64,000 bases of DNA from Rickettsiaceae bacterium (lineage in GTDB: Bacteria; Pseudomonadota; Alphaproteobacteria; Rickettsiales; UBA1997). The notes under the pieces are model-generated. The model did not search any database and was not told the origin of the DNA. It worked only from the letters and a program-made list of their open reading frames with translations. The translations under genes and the position numbers were made by a program. The stretch is taken from assembly GCA_021323225.1 (NCBI GenBank), contig JAJTCH010000001.1:339408-403407 (forward strand), in the 5' to 3' direction. Positions 19,929 to 29,696 of the stretch are shown piece by piece (positions within the stretch are counted from its first letter, which is position 1; each line of letters begins with the position of its first letter).

Positions 19929-20955
19929 TTTAAAAACCATTCAAAATCTTGCCGGGCAAAGCAAGGTGATAGCGATGGTTAAAGCCAATGCTTATGGGCA
20001 TGGAATTTGTGAAATTTCAAAACATCTGCAAGACACAGTTCACGCACTTGGAGTTGCTAGAATTGATGAAGCTTTAGCCTTAAGACAAAGTGGCATCAAA
20101 TCGCCAATTATGCTAGCGGAAGGAGTTTTTGCTCAAGATGATTTAGAGATTTGCTCAACACAAAATTTTTGGCCGGTATTTCATAATCAAACACAAATTC
20201 AGTGGCTGAAAAATGCTAAATTATTGAAGCCAATTAAAGCCTGGATAAAAATTAATACAGGCATGAACCGATTAGGTTTTGATATTGCTGAGGCTAAAAA
20301 CGCCTATCAAATTTTATCCGAAAGCAAAAACATCTTACAGCCAATTGGTATAATGTCTCACTTTGCCTGCGCTGATGACCAAACCCATTCTTTAAACGAA
20401 TTACAAATCTCTAATTTCCAGAAATTTATCCTTGGTCTTCCCGGAGAAAAAAGCCTGAATAACTCCGCTGGCATATTCAACTTCCCAAGCAATTATGATG
20501 TGGTTCGCATTGGTTTGGCTTTATACGGCGCTTCACCACTAAATGACAAAACCGCAGCTGAGCTAAATTTAAAACCGGTGATGACATTAAAAACCCAAAT
20601 CATTGCTATCCACGATTTAAATAATGGAAGTCCAGTAGGTTATGGCGCAAGATTTGTTTGCGGCAAAAACAGCAAAATTGGCGTTGCAGCAATTGGCTAT
20701 GGCGATGGCTATTCCAGAACCATCCAAGACCAAGCGCCAATTTTAGTTGCCGGAAAAAAATGCCAATTGGCTGGCAGAGTATCGATGGACATGATCACTA
20801 TTGATCTTGGCAATGATCCGAATGCAAGAATCGGCGATGAAGTGGTTTTATGGGGAGATGGCCTTCCGATTGATGAAGTTAAGAAATTTAGCAGCTGCGC
20901 TTCATATGATTTGTTATGCGCAGTCCAATCAAGAGTAAAGATGATCTATGAATAA
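19882..20955 (+). CDS. alr: alanine racemase
   Basis: ATG at 19882 ([17 protein letters not shown]...). The PLP-lysine motif VKANAYGHG is present, as is the C-terminal GRVSMDMITIDL. It overlaps the nth 3' end by 47 nt. Confidence 0.93.
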   Translation: MNYPLAKISIQNLLHNLKTIQNLAGQSKVIAMVKANAYGHGICEISKHLQDTVHALGVARIDEALALRQSGIKSPIMLAEGVFAQDDLEICSTQNFWPVFHNQTQIQWLKNAKLLKPIKAWIKINTGMNRLGFDIAEAKNAYQILSESKNILQPIGIMSHFACADDQTHSLNELQISNFQKFILGLPGEKSLNNSAGIFNFPSNYDVVRIGLALYGASPLNDKTAAELNLKPVMTLKTQIIAIHDLNNGSPVGYGARFVCGKNSKIGVAAIGYGDGYSRTIQDQAPILVAGKKCQLAGRVSMDMITIDLGNDPNARIGDEVVLWGDGLPIDEVKKFSSCASYDLLCAVQSRVKMIYE

Positions 20956-21039
20956 CCAAGATGATTGAGGGAAGGAATAATTTGTTGATAAATTAATTTA
21001 TATTTTTATGATTCCCTGCTCTTTTAAACCTGTCCTAAT

Positions 21040-21115
21040 GGGGATATAGCTCAGTTGGTAGAGCACCTGCTTTGCAAGCAGGGGGTCCGGAGTTCGAGTC
21101 TCCGTATCTCCACCA
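21040..21115 (+). tRNA. tRNA-Ala (anticodon UGC)
   Basis: 76 nt: GGGGATATAGCTCAGTTGGTAGAGCACCTGCTTTGCAAGCAGGGGGTCCGGAGTTCGAGTCTCCGTATCTCCACCA. It folds as a cloverleaf with anticodon loop TTTGCAA, the G3:U70 alanine identity pair and an encoded CCA. Confidence 0.95.
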
Positions 21116-21142
21116 TTTCAAATTATCTAAGCCTCCCGCTCC

Positions 21143-21943
21143 CTATTTCAATTCCTGCCTTAGCAGAGAATAAAACTCTTCTTTGTCATATATAGAATTA
21201 TGTCCCGCATCTTCTATGACATAAATTTTCTTAAAATCTGAATTTATATCCTCATATAATTTGCGGCCGAATTTGGTTGGAATTACCTCATCATTACCGG
21301 CAAGAATAATTGATACTGGGCCTTTGTAATGTGAAAGCCAAATGTCTGGCGTAAAATTATTCAGCAACAGCAAGCTCATGGGATAAATCGGATAGTGCGA
21401 AAAGGCGACCGAGGCAAGATTGTTGTAAGGAGTGATGAGAATCAGATTATGTATGGAAGAATTTGCAGCATGATAAGCTGCCGGACCTGTTCCTATACTT
21501 TCTGCAATAACCGCAATATGCTTAAAATTTTTGGTTTCAAGAAACTTGATACTATCTTCAACATTTTTGAGCAATTTCTTCATGGAAGGATGATTTTCCT
21601 TCTGGGCATATCCCGAATATTCAACGAAATAAGTTGAATAATTTTCTTTGGCAAAAAACTTGTCCAAATAATTACGGTCGCAAGCGCGGCCTGCATTTCC
21701 ATGATAAAAAACAATTACCTTTTCCGATGATCTTTTGGTGAAATAACCTCTGCTGGAACCAAATGAGATTTTTTCTGCGTCTTTAAAGGAAGGGCAATTT
21801 TGAAAATCAGTTTTATTTGGATAGTAAATATATCCTGTTTGAAAAGTAAAAAGAATGGCTGCCAGCCCAAGATAAGCAACTAAGCCCGTCTTGATCAAGC
21901 GTAAAATATTGCTTCTGAAGCCATCTTTTAGATTTTTTCCCAT
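21143..21943 (-). CDS. alpha/beta hydrolase with N-terminal membrane anchor
   Basis: 266 aa. TM segment LIKTGLVAYLGLAAILFTF, oxyanion-region HGNAG, nucleophile elbow AESIGTG, late GHN(S) His. Its start overlaps the upstream kinase stop (TAATG). Confidence 0.7.
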   Translation of the reverse strand: MGKNLKDGFRSNILRLIKTGLVAYLGLAAILFTFQTGYIYYPNKTDFQNCPSFKDAEKISFGSSRGYFTKRSSEKVIVFYHGNAGRACDRNYLDKFFAKENYSTYFVEYSGYAQKENHPSMKKLLKNVEDSIKFLETKNFKHIAVIAESIGTGPAAYHAANSSIHNLILITPYNNLASVAFSHYPIYPMSLLLLNNFTPDIWLSHYKGPVSIILAGNDEVIPTKFGRKLYEDINSDFKKIYVIEDAGHNSIYDKEEFYSLLRQELK

Positions 21944-24456
21944 TAGAAGTAACTAACTGCTTTTAGATAATCAAAAACCTCTTTTATAAAACCCTCTAAC
22001 GTCTCAATCCAGTTTTCTTCTTCTGGCCATTGCTCTTTCTTGGAAAAGTCGTTGATATAGGTTAAATAGCGGTAAAGCCTCTCAGCGCCGATATTTCCGG
22101 CAATTCCTTTAAAAGCATGACTATGGAAGTAAAAATCTTTCATATTTTTTTCCTTCCAAGATTTTCTGATATTTTCTAACAGCCTTTCTGCATCTTTGAC
22201 AAAGAGACTTTTTACTTCAATTAAAGTGTGATTATCAATCCTGCCATTAATAACCTGATAGGAATTATAGTCTTTGCTTGCGCTGTTTAAGTTTTGTTTT
22301 TGAGAGGATTCCAACTGCCCTAGCCCATCATCACGATTAACGATCCAGAAAACTATATTATCTATCAGGTTTTTAACATCATCGCCCTTGATAAAATAAT
22401 CATCCATTCCTGAGCGTAAGAACTTATGGATATTTTCTACACCACCATCTCCGCTATAAGCAATAATTGGAACCGGATTTTCAATATTATTTTTTACCTC
22501 AAATTCCCTGATTTTTTGCGCCGCCTCATCTCCATTCAGGATCTTCATATTGATGTCGGTTATAATCAGATCATAATTCTGGGAATAGATATATTTCTGG
22601 CAAAGCTTGTCTCCATCATCGACCGATTCCACTTCAATACCATAGCCGTTGAGAAATTTTTTTAAGATCGCGCAATTAACAGCTTCGTCATCAGCAATAA
22701 GTAGCCTTTTGCCATGAAGAACTTCTTTGAGCATTGTATCCATTTGTGCCTGAATATGGTCATCCTGCCGGTGCTTAATAAAACTCCATTTGCACAAAGT
22801 TTTAATCAAGTAGATACGAGAAATTGGTTTTATTAAATAATCATCAATCCCGGCCTCTTTCAAAGTTTCTTTAATTTTATAGTTAAAAACCGATGTGTAG
22901 GCCAGTATAGGAATTTTGTTGTCAATCTTTCTTATTTCCCTAGCCAGTTCAAATCCGTCCATTACCGGCATTTCAATATCGGTTAGGATGAAGTCATAAT
23001 ATTTTTTATCGTAACTCTTATTGTTCTTGGTACAAAAAAGCGCTAAGGCTTCTTTTCCATTTGTGGCAATATCACAAGTGATATTTTCCAACCCTTTTTC
23101 CAAAATTAATTTGCTGGTTTTTAAATTGGTTACTTGATCATCAACCAGGAGAACTTTTATTGATTTTTCTTTAGAAAGACTGATTTCCTGCTTGGCTTTC
23201 TCTAGCTCTTTTTCACCAAGCAAGGGAAATGACAAAACAAATTCCGTATGTTTTTCTAGCTCGGAACGGCAAAAAATATCACCACCCAACATCTTCATTG
23301 TCCTTTTGCAAAAAGGCAATCCAAGCCCTGTCCCACCTGTTTTGCCGGCAGTGTTAAAAGCCTCAAAAATTGATTTTAGTTTTTCTTTTGGAATGCCAGG
23401 ACCATTATCTTTGACTATTATCTGGTTAGAAGTTTTAGCGCGATGAATCCTAATGGTAACAGCAAAATCCGGATATAGATTGGAATAATAAAGGGAGTTT
23501 TTTATGAGATTAAACAGGATATAAATCAGCAAGGTTTCATCACCCTTAAATATAAAATCATCTTTCTCATCTTCTAAAAATTTTACCTTTCCTTTTTCTT
23601 TTTCGCTTCTATAGCCATATTCACTCAAAGCGGTTTTGATGACTGAATGTGCAGTCAGATAATTAAATGTTGAAGGATCAATTTTTTGCTCTTTGATGTC
23701 ATTTAGTGTGATATTGATTACATCATTAGCGCGGTTGATGGAGTTGTTAATTGAAGAATTAAGCTCAAATAATTGCAGCTTTATTTTTTCTATTTCTGCC
23801 TCCGAAATATTCTTTGACAGATTTTTTATTTCCTCGCTTAAAAATTTTATTGAATTTAGAGGGTTGCGCATCTCATGAGCAATTGAAGAGCTAAGGCTTT
23901 TTGCCAAAGATAATTTGTGATCAGCAAATGCTTTGTTTTTATAGTGAACAACTACACTTCCAAGCAAGATGAATGAATAAACAGGAATTTGTTCGGCCTG
24001 AAATTTATATAGAGGAACCTGATGATCAAGAAACAGGATCAGAAAATAGGAAGCCATCACGCCAATTATGGTCATAATTAGAAGTACCAGCCAGTCACAT
24101 ATCAATATCACCAAGAAAAATAATCCGGAAATTGAACACATATTCCAAGCTGACGTAAACTGATTCTTAAATAGCATGAAGCTAAAGAAGAACGGCAAGC
24201 CATAGCAGCATGCCACCATAAGATACCAGGCAAAATATGGCTGCAGCTTTCTTGGAATATATTTATGAAATAAAAGTGGAAGGAACAAAATGGTTCCTAC
24301 TATTCTGATGGGGATATTTTCGTAAGGCTGTATAAAAAGATATTTCCAAAGAAAATAGTAAGAGGGAAAACCAATAACACCAAGCAAGCCAACAATGATA
24401 AGATTAGGCCTCATATATTCGGCAACCTGTTCAACCCTCTTATTGATGTTTAGCAT
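21943..24456 (-). CDS. hybrid sensor histidine kinase / response regulator (multi-TM sensor - HisKA - HATPase - REC - REC - HPt)
   Basis: The N-terminus has about 6 TM helices. H-box SSSIAHEMRNPLNSI, G-box GGTGLGLPFC. There are two receiver domains (VLLVDDQ...ILTDIEMPVMDG and LLIADDE...IITDINMKILNG) and a C-terminal HPt (HSHAFKGIAGNIGAERL). I prefer the ATG at 24456 over the TTG at 24516. Confidence 0.9.
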   Translation of the reverse strand: MLNINKRVEQVAEYMRPNLIIVGLLGVIGFPSYYFLWKYLFIQPYENIPIRIVGTILFLPLLFHKYIPRKLQPYFAWYLMVACCYGLPFFFSFMLFKNQFTSAWNMCSISGLFFLVILICDWLVLLIMTIIGVMASYFLILFLDHQVPLYKFQAEQIPVYSFILLGSVVVHYKNKAFADHKLSLAKSLSSSIAHEMRNPLNSIKFLSEEIKNLSKNISEAEIEKIKLQLFELNSSINNSINRANDVINITLNDIKEQKIDPSTFNYLTAHSVIKTALSEYGYRSEKEKGKVKFLEDEKDDFIFKGDETLLIYILFNLIKNSLYYSNLYPDFAVTIRIHRAKTSNQIIVKDNGPGIPKEKLKSIFEAFNTAGKTGGTGLGLPFCKRTMKMLGGDIFCRSELEKHTEFVLSFPLLGEKELEKAKQEISLSKEKSIKVLLVDDQVTNLKTSKLILEKGLENITCDIATNGKEALALFCTKNNKSYDKKYYDFILTDIEMPVMDGFELAREIRKIDNKIPILAYTSVFNYKIKETLKEAGIDDYLIKPISRIYLIKTLCKWSFIKHRQDDHIQAQMDTMLKEVLHGKRLLIADDEAVNCAILKKFLNGYGIEVESVDDGDKLCQKYIYSQNYDLIITDINMKILNGDEAAQKIREFEVKNNIENPVPIIAYSGDGGVENIHKFLRSGMDDYFIKGDDVKNLIDNIVFWIVNRDDGLGQLESSQKQNLNSASKDYNSYQVINGRIDNHTLIEVKSLFVKDAERLLENIRKSWKEKNMKDFYFHSHAFKGIAGNIGAERLYRYLTYINDFSKKEQWPEEENWIETLEGFIKEVFDYLKAVSYF

Positions 24457-24526
24457 AACGTAATATGGCTTTGAGCTTAAAGTTTGTAAATAACAAGAAA
24501 GGTAAATAGAGACCAAAGGAAACTAT

Positions 24527-25138
24527 TTAAGAAAGAGAATTATGCAAATTATCAATTGCCTGTTTGATGCCAGCTTGGTTTTCCCAAATATAAGAAATTA
24601 CCGCTAAAAAATCGGCGCCAGCTTCAACCAGTTTTGGAGAGTTTTCAGGAGTAATGCCACCAATAGCAACTGACTTGATATTTAATGTTTTTTTGCACCA
24701 GCTAAGAATTTCCGGATTTGGTTTGCCGATAGAATTTTTGGTTTTGCTTGGGAAAAATGTCCCAAAGGAAACATAGTCGACACCATTTTTAGCAGCATTT
24801 AAAGCCAGTTCTCTAGAATCATAACAACTGACACCAACAATAAAATTTTTCGGCGCATTATTTTTTATGAATTCCAGATCACCATCTTCACTTCCGATAT
24901 GCACACCGTCGGCACCAATTTTTAAAGCTAGATCAAGTCTATCATTCAAAATAAATGGGGTTTGATTTTTGCGGCAAATTTCTAATAATTCTTTCCCGAT
25001 TTTTATTGCGTCATCATCTTGATAATCTTTTAAACGCAACTGGAAAAGACCGATATGATTGGTTGCAAGAGCAATATTTAAATCAGCGGCAAAATTTGAA
25101 TTAATTTTTGGCGGACTGATTAGATAAATTTGGGTCAT
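24527..25138 (-). CDS. thiE: thiamine-phosphate synthase
   Basis: 203 aa. [35 protein letters not shown] are typical ThiE/TMP-TENI motifs. Its start overlaps the ftsZ stop (ATGA). Confidence 0.92.
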   Translation of the reverse strand: MTQIYLISPPKINSNFAADLNIALATNHIGLFQLRLKDYQDDDAIKIGKELLEICRKNQTPFILNDRLDLALKIGADGVHIGSEDGDLEFIKNNAPKNFIVGVSCYDSRELALNAAKNGVDYVSFGTFFPSKTKNSIGKPNPEILSWCKKTLNIKSVAIGGITPENSPKLVEAGADFLAVISYIWENQAGIKQAIDNLHNSLS

Positions 25139-26907
25139 TTTTTGCGGCGAAAAAATGCCGGAACATTTAAAACTTCTTCCTCTTCATCACCAACAGAAAA
25201 ATCTTCTCTCTGGTTATGTTTGGAAGGGCTTTTTTCTTGTTTATTTGAAGAAACGGGATGTTTCTTTGGTGCGGGCATTTCTTGCGCTTCATCCTCATCG
25301 TCTTCTATGATAATACTATGTTTCTTTGTTATCTTGGCCGGGTGATTTTCAGATTTATTTTTTTTAGCCAGAGGCACTTCTTCTTCATCTTCAACAGCTA
25401 TATTTTGTTTTTTACCAGCTTTTGAGTGATGGGCTGCCGCAGATTTTTCTTTATTATTTGCCTCATTTTTAGAGCTATTTAAAAACCCAAACAAACTAAA
25501 ACCACCATCCTTTTTTGCCGGTTTTTTTTCTTCTATATATGGCTTTTGGATTTGGCTTTTTTGTTCAATCTTTTTTTCTAAAGCAGAAATGGAATCAGAG
25601 AAACGGTCAAAAACATCCTTGTCTTCAGACTGATCTTTGTCAAATTTGCTGCCAATATGACTTGCTGGACTTTGCTCTGTTTTTCTAGAAACAGAATTTT
25701 TTTCCAGCTCTTCATCTTCGCTTTTCTCATCTTCCTTTTCTTTTCCAAAATTTAATTGAAGAGTCGTACCAACATCTTGCCTGGTTCTTGCCAATCCCGG
25801 ATCAAAAAATGTTCTCTTGCCTTGCATGGCCACATTCACAACTTCTTCTTCCTTTTCTCTGGAAACCTCTCTGATCTCATGAACCATTTGCGATTTTGGC
25901 TTTACAAAAGAATCTTCAGCTGGGGTGCGGCTATGGAAATTTTCATCTTCTATACCAGTTGCCACTATAGAGATTCTGATTTTGCCTTTCATGTCTTCAT
26001 TAAAAGCAGAACCAAAAATTATATTAGCATTAGCATCAACTTCTTTCTTGATGGTGTTAATTGCCAGATCGGCCTCAAATAAAGTCATGTCCGGGCCACC
26101 GGTCATGTTAACCAAAACGCCTTTGGCGCCTCTGATTGAAATATCGTCTAAAAGAGGATTTGAAATTGCTTCTTCACAAGCAATAACAGCACGGTCTTCA
26201 CCGCTTGCTTCTCCGGTTCCCATCAAGGCTTTACCCATTTTGGTCATAATGGTTCTTATGTCAGCAAAATCGAGATTAACCAAACCAGGCATGGTGATAA
26301 GATCAGTCACGCCACGCACTCCGTCATGCAAAACATTGTCAGCCATTTTAAAGGCAGATTCAAAAGTGGTTTGCTCATTGGCAATTCTGAAAAGATTTTG
26401 ATTTGGGATGACAATTAAAGTATCAACATGTCTTTTTAATTCTTCCACGCCAAGTTCAGCAACTTCCATCCGATATTTTCCTTCAAACTGAAATGGTTTG
26501 GTAACAACACCAACAGTTAAAATATCACGCTCTTTAGCAAGTTTGGCAATAACCGGTGCAGCGCCGGTTCCAGTACCACCACCCATTCCGGCAGTGATAA
26601 AAACCATATTGTTTCCTTCTAGATATTTGATGATTTCTTCAACATTTTCCTCAGCCGCAGCTTTGCCACGGTCCGGAAAAGAGCCAGCACCCAGACCTTT
26701 AGTAGTAGTAAGTCCAAGCTGAATTCGATTTGCCGCCAAAGAATTGGCGAGGGATTGAGAATCGGTATTAGCGGCAATAAATTGCACACCTTCCAGGTTG
26801 GATCTGATCATATTATTGAGGGCATTTCCCCCTGCTCCACCAACACCAAAAATTGAAATTTTAGGCTTTAACAAATGAGGTTCCGGGACACTGATTGATA
26901 GCGACAT
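25135..26907 (-). CDS. ftsZ: cell division protein FtsZ with long disordered C-terminal linker
   Basis: 590 aa. Tubulin signature [13 protein letters not shown], plus [15 protein letters not shown] and [10 protein letters not shown] roughly 250-aa E/K/S-rich linker leads to the conserved C-terminal peptide [12 protein letters not shown]. Confidence 0.97.
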   Translation of the reverse strand: MSLSISVPEPHLLKPKISIFGVGGAGGNALNNMIRSNLEGVQFIAANTDSQSLANSLAANRIQLGLTTTKGLGAGSFPDRGKAAAEENVEEIIKYLEGNNMVFITAGMGGGTGTGAAPVIAKLAKERDILTVGVVTKPFQFEGKYRMEVAELGVEELKRHVDTLIVIPNQNLFRIANEQTTFESAFKMADNVLHDGVRGVTDLITMPGLVNLDFADIRTIMTKMGKALMGTGEASGEDRAVIACEEAISNPLLDDISIRGAKGVLVNMTGGPDMTLFEADLAINTIKKEVDANANIIFGSAFNEDMKGKIRISIVATGIEDENFHSRTPAEDSFVKPKSQMVHEIREVSREKEEEVVNVAMQGKRTFFDPGLARTRQDVGTTLQLNFGKEKEDEKSEDEELEKNSVSRKTEQSPASHIGSKFDKDQSEDKDVFDRFSDSISALEKKIEQKSQIQKPYIEEKKPAKKDGGFSLFGFLNSSKNEANNKEKSAAAHHSKAGKKQNIAVEDEEEVPLAKKNKSENHPAKITKKHSIIIEDDEDEAQEMPAPKKHPVSSNKQEKSPSKHNQREDFSVGDEEEEVLNVPAFFRRKK

Positions 26908-27034
26908 TGTTATATTTTTTCTGAGTTAAAGTGAATCTGACAAGAACACAAGGAGATGAAGCGGTGAGAATGGCAAATGTAATTTTATTATTCAAGAATG
27001 TTGTAAAAAATTTATGCCAAATCTGAATCTTCGA

Positions 27035-28798
27035 TTAGTTAATCTTTTTCATTATTCTTGCAAATAATTCTGCCGGCAAAGTTCCACCAGTAATTTTATT
27101 GGTTGGCTTATCATTATCATTTCCAATCCAAACCCCTAAAACATATTCGTCATTAAAACCAATAAACCAGGCATCGCGATAATTTTGGCTGGTTCCGGTT
27201 TTGCCATAAATCTTGCCGTCTTTTGTATCAACATTAGCTATCCTTCCCGTTCCGCTAACCACCACTTCTCTGAGCAATTCTTTCATGTCATCAATATCAT
27301 CTTCATCAATAATTTCATAAGCTTTGTCTGATTCTTTTTGATAGAGAATTTTTTGTTTGTCATCTTCAATTGCGGTAACAGAATAAGGCAAAACAGCAAA
27401 GCCATCATTTGCAACAGCAGCATAGCTATTTACCAATTCCAGCAAACCGACTTCCGTTGTGCCAAGAGCCAAGGTTGCGTCATTATTGTCAATGGTAGAA
27501 ATGATGCCCATTTTAAGAGCATTTTTGATGATTTGTTGCCGGTCTAACTGCAAAGTCAGTTGCACAGAAATTGAATTTATTGATTTAGCAAAAGCCTCTT
27601 TGAGGGTTACTTGGCCATAATATTTTTTCTCATAATTTTCAGGCGACCAACCACCGATGCTAACTTTCTTATCTTCCATAATATCTTCAGGATCAGCCCC
27701 TTCTTGTATCGCAGTCAAATAAACGAAAAGCTTGAAGGCAGAGCCGGCCTGTCTTTTGGCATGAATTGCACGATTAAAAGGGCTTTTTTGATAATTTTTA
27801 CCACCAATCATTGCCAATATTGCTCCATCTTTGCTCATCAAAATTAACGCCAATTCACTTTGTCCTAATTTTTTTTCGTTCTTCTTAACAAAAGCATTGG
27901 TTTCGTCTTCAGCAATTTTCTGGAATTTTTTATCTAAAGTGGTGATGACACTAAAGTGATTTCCATATTGACCATCTTTAGAAATATAATCAGAAAACTG
28001 GTTACCTATATAATCAGCAAAATAAAGCCTCTGCAGCTTATCTTCCTTATAAAGAATCGGTTTTTTAGTTTCTTTAATATTTGCCTCATCCAAATATCCG
28101 GCATCGACCATATTGATGAGAACCTGATTGGTGCGTTTTTCTGCGAGCTGTTGATTATTGCTCGGCGATAATTTGGAAGGAGCCTTAAGAAGACCGGCAA
28201 GAAGAGCAGATTCTTTTAAATTTAATTTGGAAACCGGTTTGTTGAAATAATATCTAGAAGCATTGGCAATGCCGTAATTGCCGGCGCCAAAATAGGCACG
28301 GTTTAAATAAAGGGTTAAAATTTGCTCTTTGCTAAAAATCTTTTCCAGCTGCCAAGCGAGGATTGCTTCCTGAATTTTTCTTTTCATGGTGCGCTCCGGC
28401 TTCAGGAACATCAGCTTTGCCAGTTGCTGAGTAATGGTACTACCACCCTGCACTATTTTATCGGCACGATAATTGACATAAGTGGCGCGAAGAATTCCAA
28501 GAAGATCAATTCCTTTATGCTTAAAAAATTTGCGGTCTTCAGTAGCCACAACCGCATCAACCAGATGGCCGGGAATTTCAGTAAAAGTGACTTGATTTGA
28601 GTAAAGGTCGCCAAGAGTAGTGATGGGATCGCCGTTAGAATAGCAAATTTCAATGACCTGCTTGTCATTGCTAGCCTCCATATTTTCCAATGTCGGCAAA
28701 TCGTGATAATAATAAAAAACTATTGTGGCAAGAAGCACGCCGCCAAAAACTGCCAGGACTATTGCCCACTTGCAAAGAAAACCTAAAAATCTTAGCAT
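27035..28798 (-). CDS. penicillin-binding protein 1A family (glycosyltransferase GT51 + transpeptidase), short form
   Basis: 587 aa with an N-terminal TM. GT51 motifs ATEDRKFFKHKGID, GGSTITQQLAK, RKIQEAILAWQLE. Transpeptidase motifs SAFK and KTGT. Confidence 0.9.
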   Translation of the reverse strand: MLRFLGFLCKWAIVLAVFGGVLLATIVFYYYHDLPTLENMEASNDKQVIEICYSNGDPITTLGDLYSNQVTFTEIPGHLVDAVVATEDRKFFKHKGIDLLGILRATYVNYRADKIVQGGSTITQQLAKLMFLKPERTMKRKIQEAILAWQLEKIFSKEQILTLYLNRAYFGAGNYGIANASRYYFNKPVSKLNLKESALLAGLLKAPSKLSPSNNQQLAEKRTNQVLINMVDAGYLDEANIKETKKPILYKEDKLQRLYFADYIGNQFSDYISKDGQYGNHFSVITTLDKKFQKIAEDETNAFVKKNEKKLGQSELALILMSKDGAILAMIGGKNYQKSPFNRAIHAKRQAGSAFKLFVYLTAIQEGADPEDIMEDKKVSIGGWSPENYEKKYYGQVTLKEAFAKSINSISVQLTLQLDRQQIIKNALKMGIISTIDNNDATLALGTTEVGLLELVNSYAAVANDGFAVLPYSVTAIEDDKQKILYQKESDKAYEIIDEDDIDDMKELLREVVVSGTGRIANVDTKDGKIYGKTGTSQNYRDAWFIGFNDEYVLGVWIGNDNDKPTNKITGGTLPAELFARIMKKIN

Positions 28799-28838
28799 CT
28801 ATAACTCCCAAATTATGAATTGCCGTTAATTGCCGCCT

Positions 28839-29696
28839 ATGAGACGAACAGATTATGTAATCATCAACGACAAAATTTTACCAGAAAAAAATGCCCTGAT
28901 TTCAATTAAAGACCGAGGTTTTAGATTTGGTGACGGAGCTTTTGAAACTTGCCTGATTTTTGATGGAGTGATTTATAATTGGGAAAGTCACCAAAAAAGA
29001 CTGAGAGCGGCACTAAAGGCAATTAAAATTAAATTTGACGATAAAAATCTTTTACAAAATTGCCAAAAATTAATCCAAAAAAATAAAACCAAAAATGGCT
29101 ATTTGAGAATCTCGGTGAGCAGAGGAGTTGGAAGTAACGGCTATTCTCCGCTTAAAAATAACCAGCCAACTCTTGTGATTGAAGTTTTAGAAACGAAACC
29201 AAAACCAAAATCTCCAATCAAATTATCTGTCAGCAAAATTGAAAAAATCCCGCTTCAATCTTTGCCGGTAAATTACAAATTAACACAGGGCATGAATTCA
29301 ATTCTAGCCAAGATGAAAGCAGAAGAAAATAACTGTTTTGACGCGGTAATTTTAAACAATAAAAAACAAATCTGCGAAACTTCTTCAGCAAATATTTTTT
29401 GGATCAAAGATGATGTTTTATATACTCCGCATCAAGATTGCGGTTGTGTGTTAGGCACGATTAGAGAAAAAATAATTTTCCTGTCCCCCATCAAGACCAG
29501 GCTTGCAAAAGCAAAATTGAGTAAATTGTTAAATGCTGACGAAGCCTTTATAACAAATGCCGCAATTGGAGTTTTGCATATTGACCAAATCGGTAAAGTG
29601 AAATTCAAAAACAAAAAATACGGCAAGATTTTTTCCGATCTGCTGGATCAAGATATAAAAAATTATGCCAAAAAAACTAAAGCTAAATTGGCTTAA
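28839..29696 (+). CDS. pabC: class IV aminotransferase-fold protein, probable aminodeoxychorismate lyase
   Basis: ATG at 28839. FRFGDGAFET, YLRISVSRG and LQGITR-like segments match the fold-type IV PLP family. The position directly upstream of, and overlapping, pabB supports PabC rather than IlvE. Confidence 0.7.
   Translation: MRRTDYVIINDKILPEKNALISIKDRGFRFGDGAFETCLIFDGVIYNWESHQKRLRAALKAIKIKFDDKNLLQNCQKLIQKNKTKNGYLRISVSRGVGSNGYSPLKNNQPTLVIEVLETKPKPKSPIKLSVSKIEKIPLQSLPVNYKLTQGMNSILAKMKAEENNCFDAVILNNKKQICETSSANIFWIKDDVLYTPHQDCGCVLGTIREKIIFLSPIKTRLAKAKLSKLLNADEAFITNAAIGVLHIDQIGKVKFKNKKYGKIFSDLLDQDIKNYAKKTKAKLA

Noticed and set aside
25925-26401. 158-aa plus-strand ORF inside ftsZ
   Set aside because: Antisense to the conserved FtsZ GTPase core. 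The open frame is explained by the codon structure of the opposite strand.
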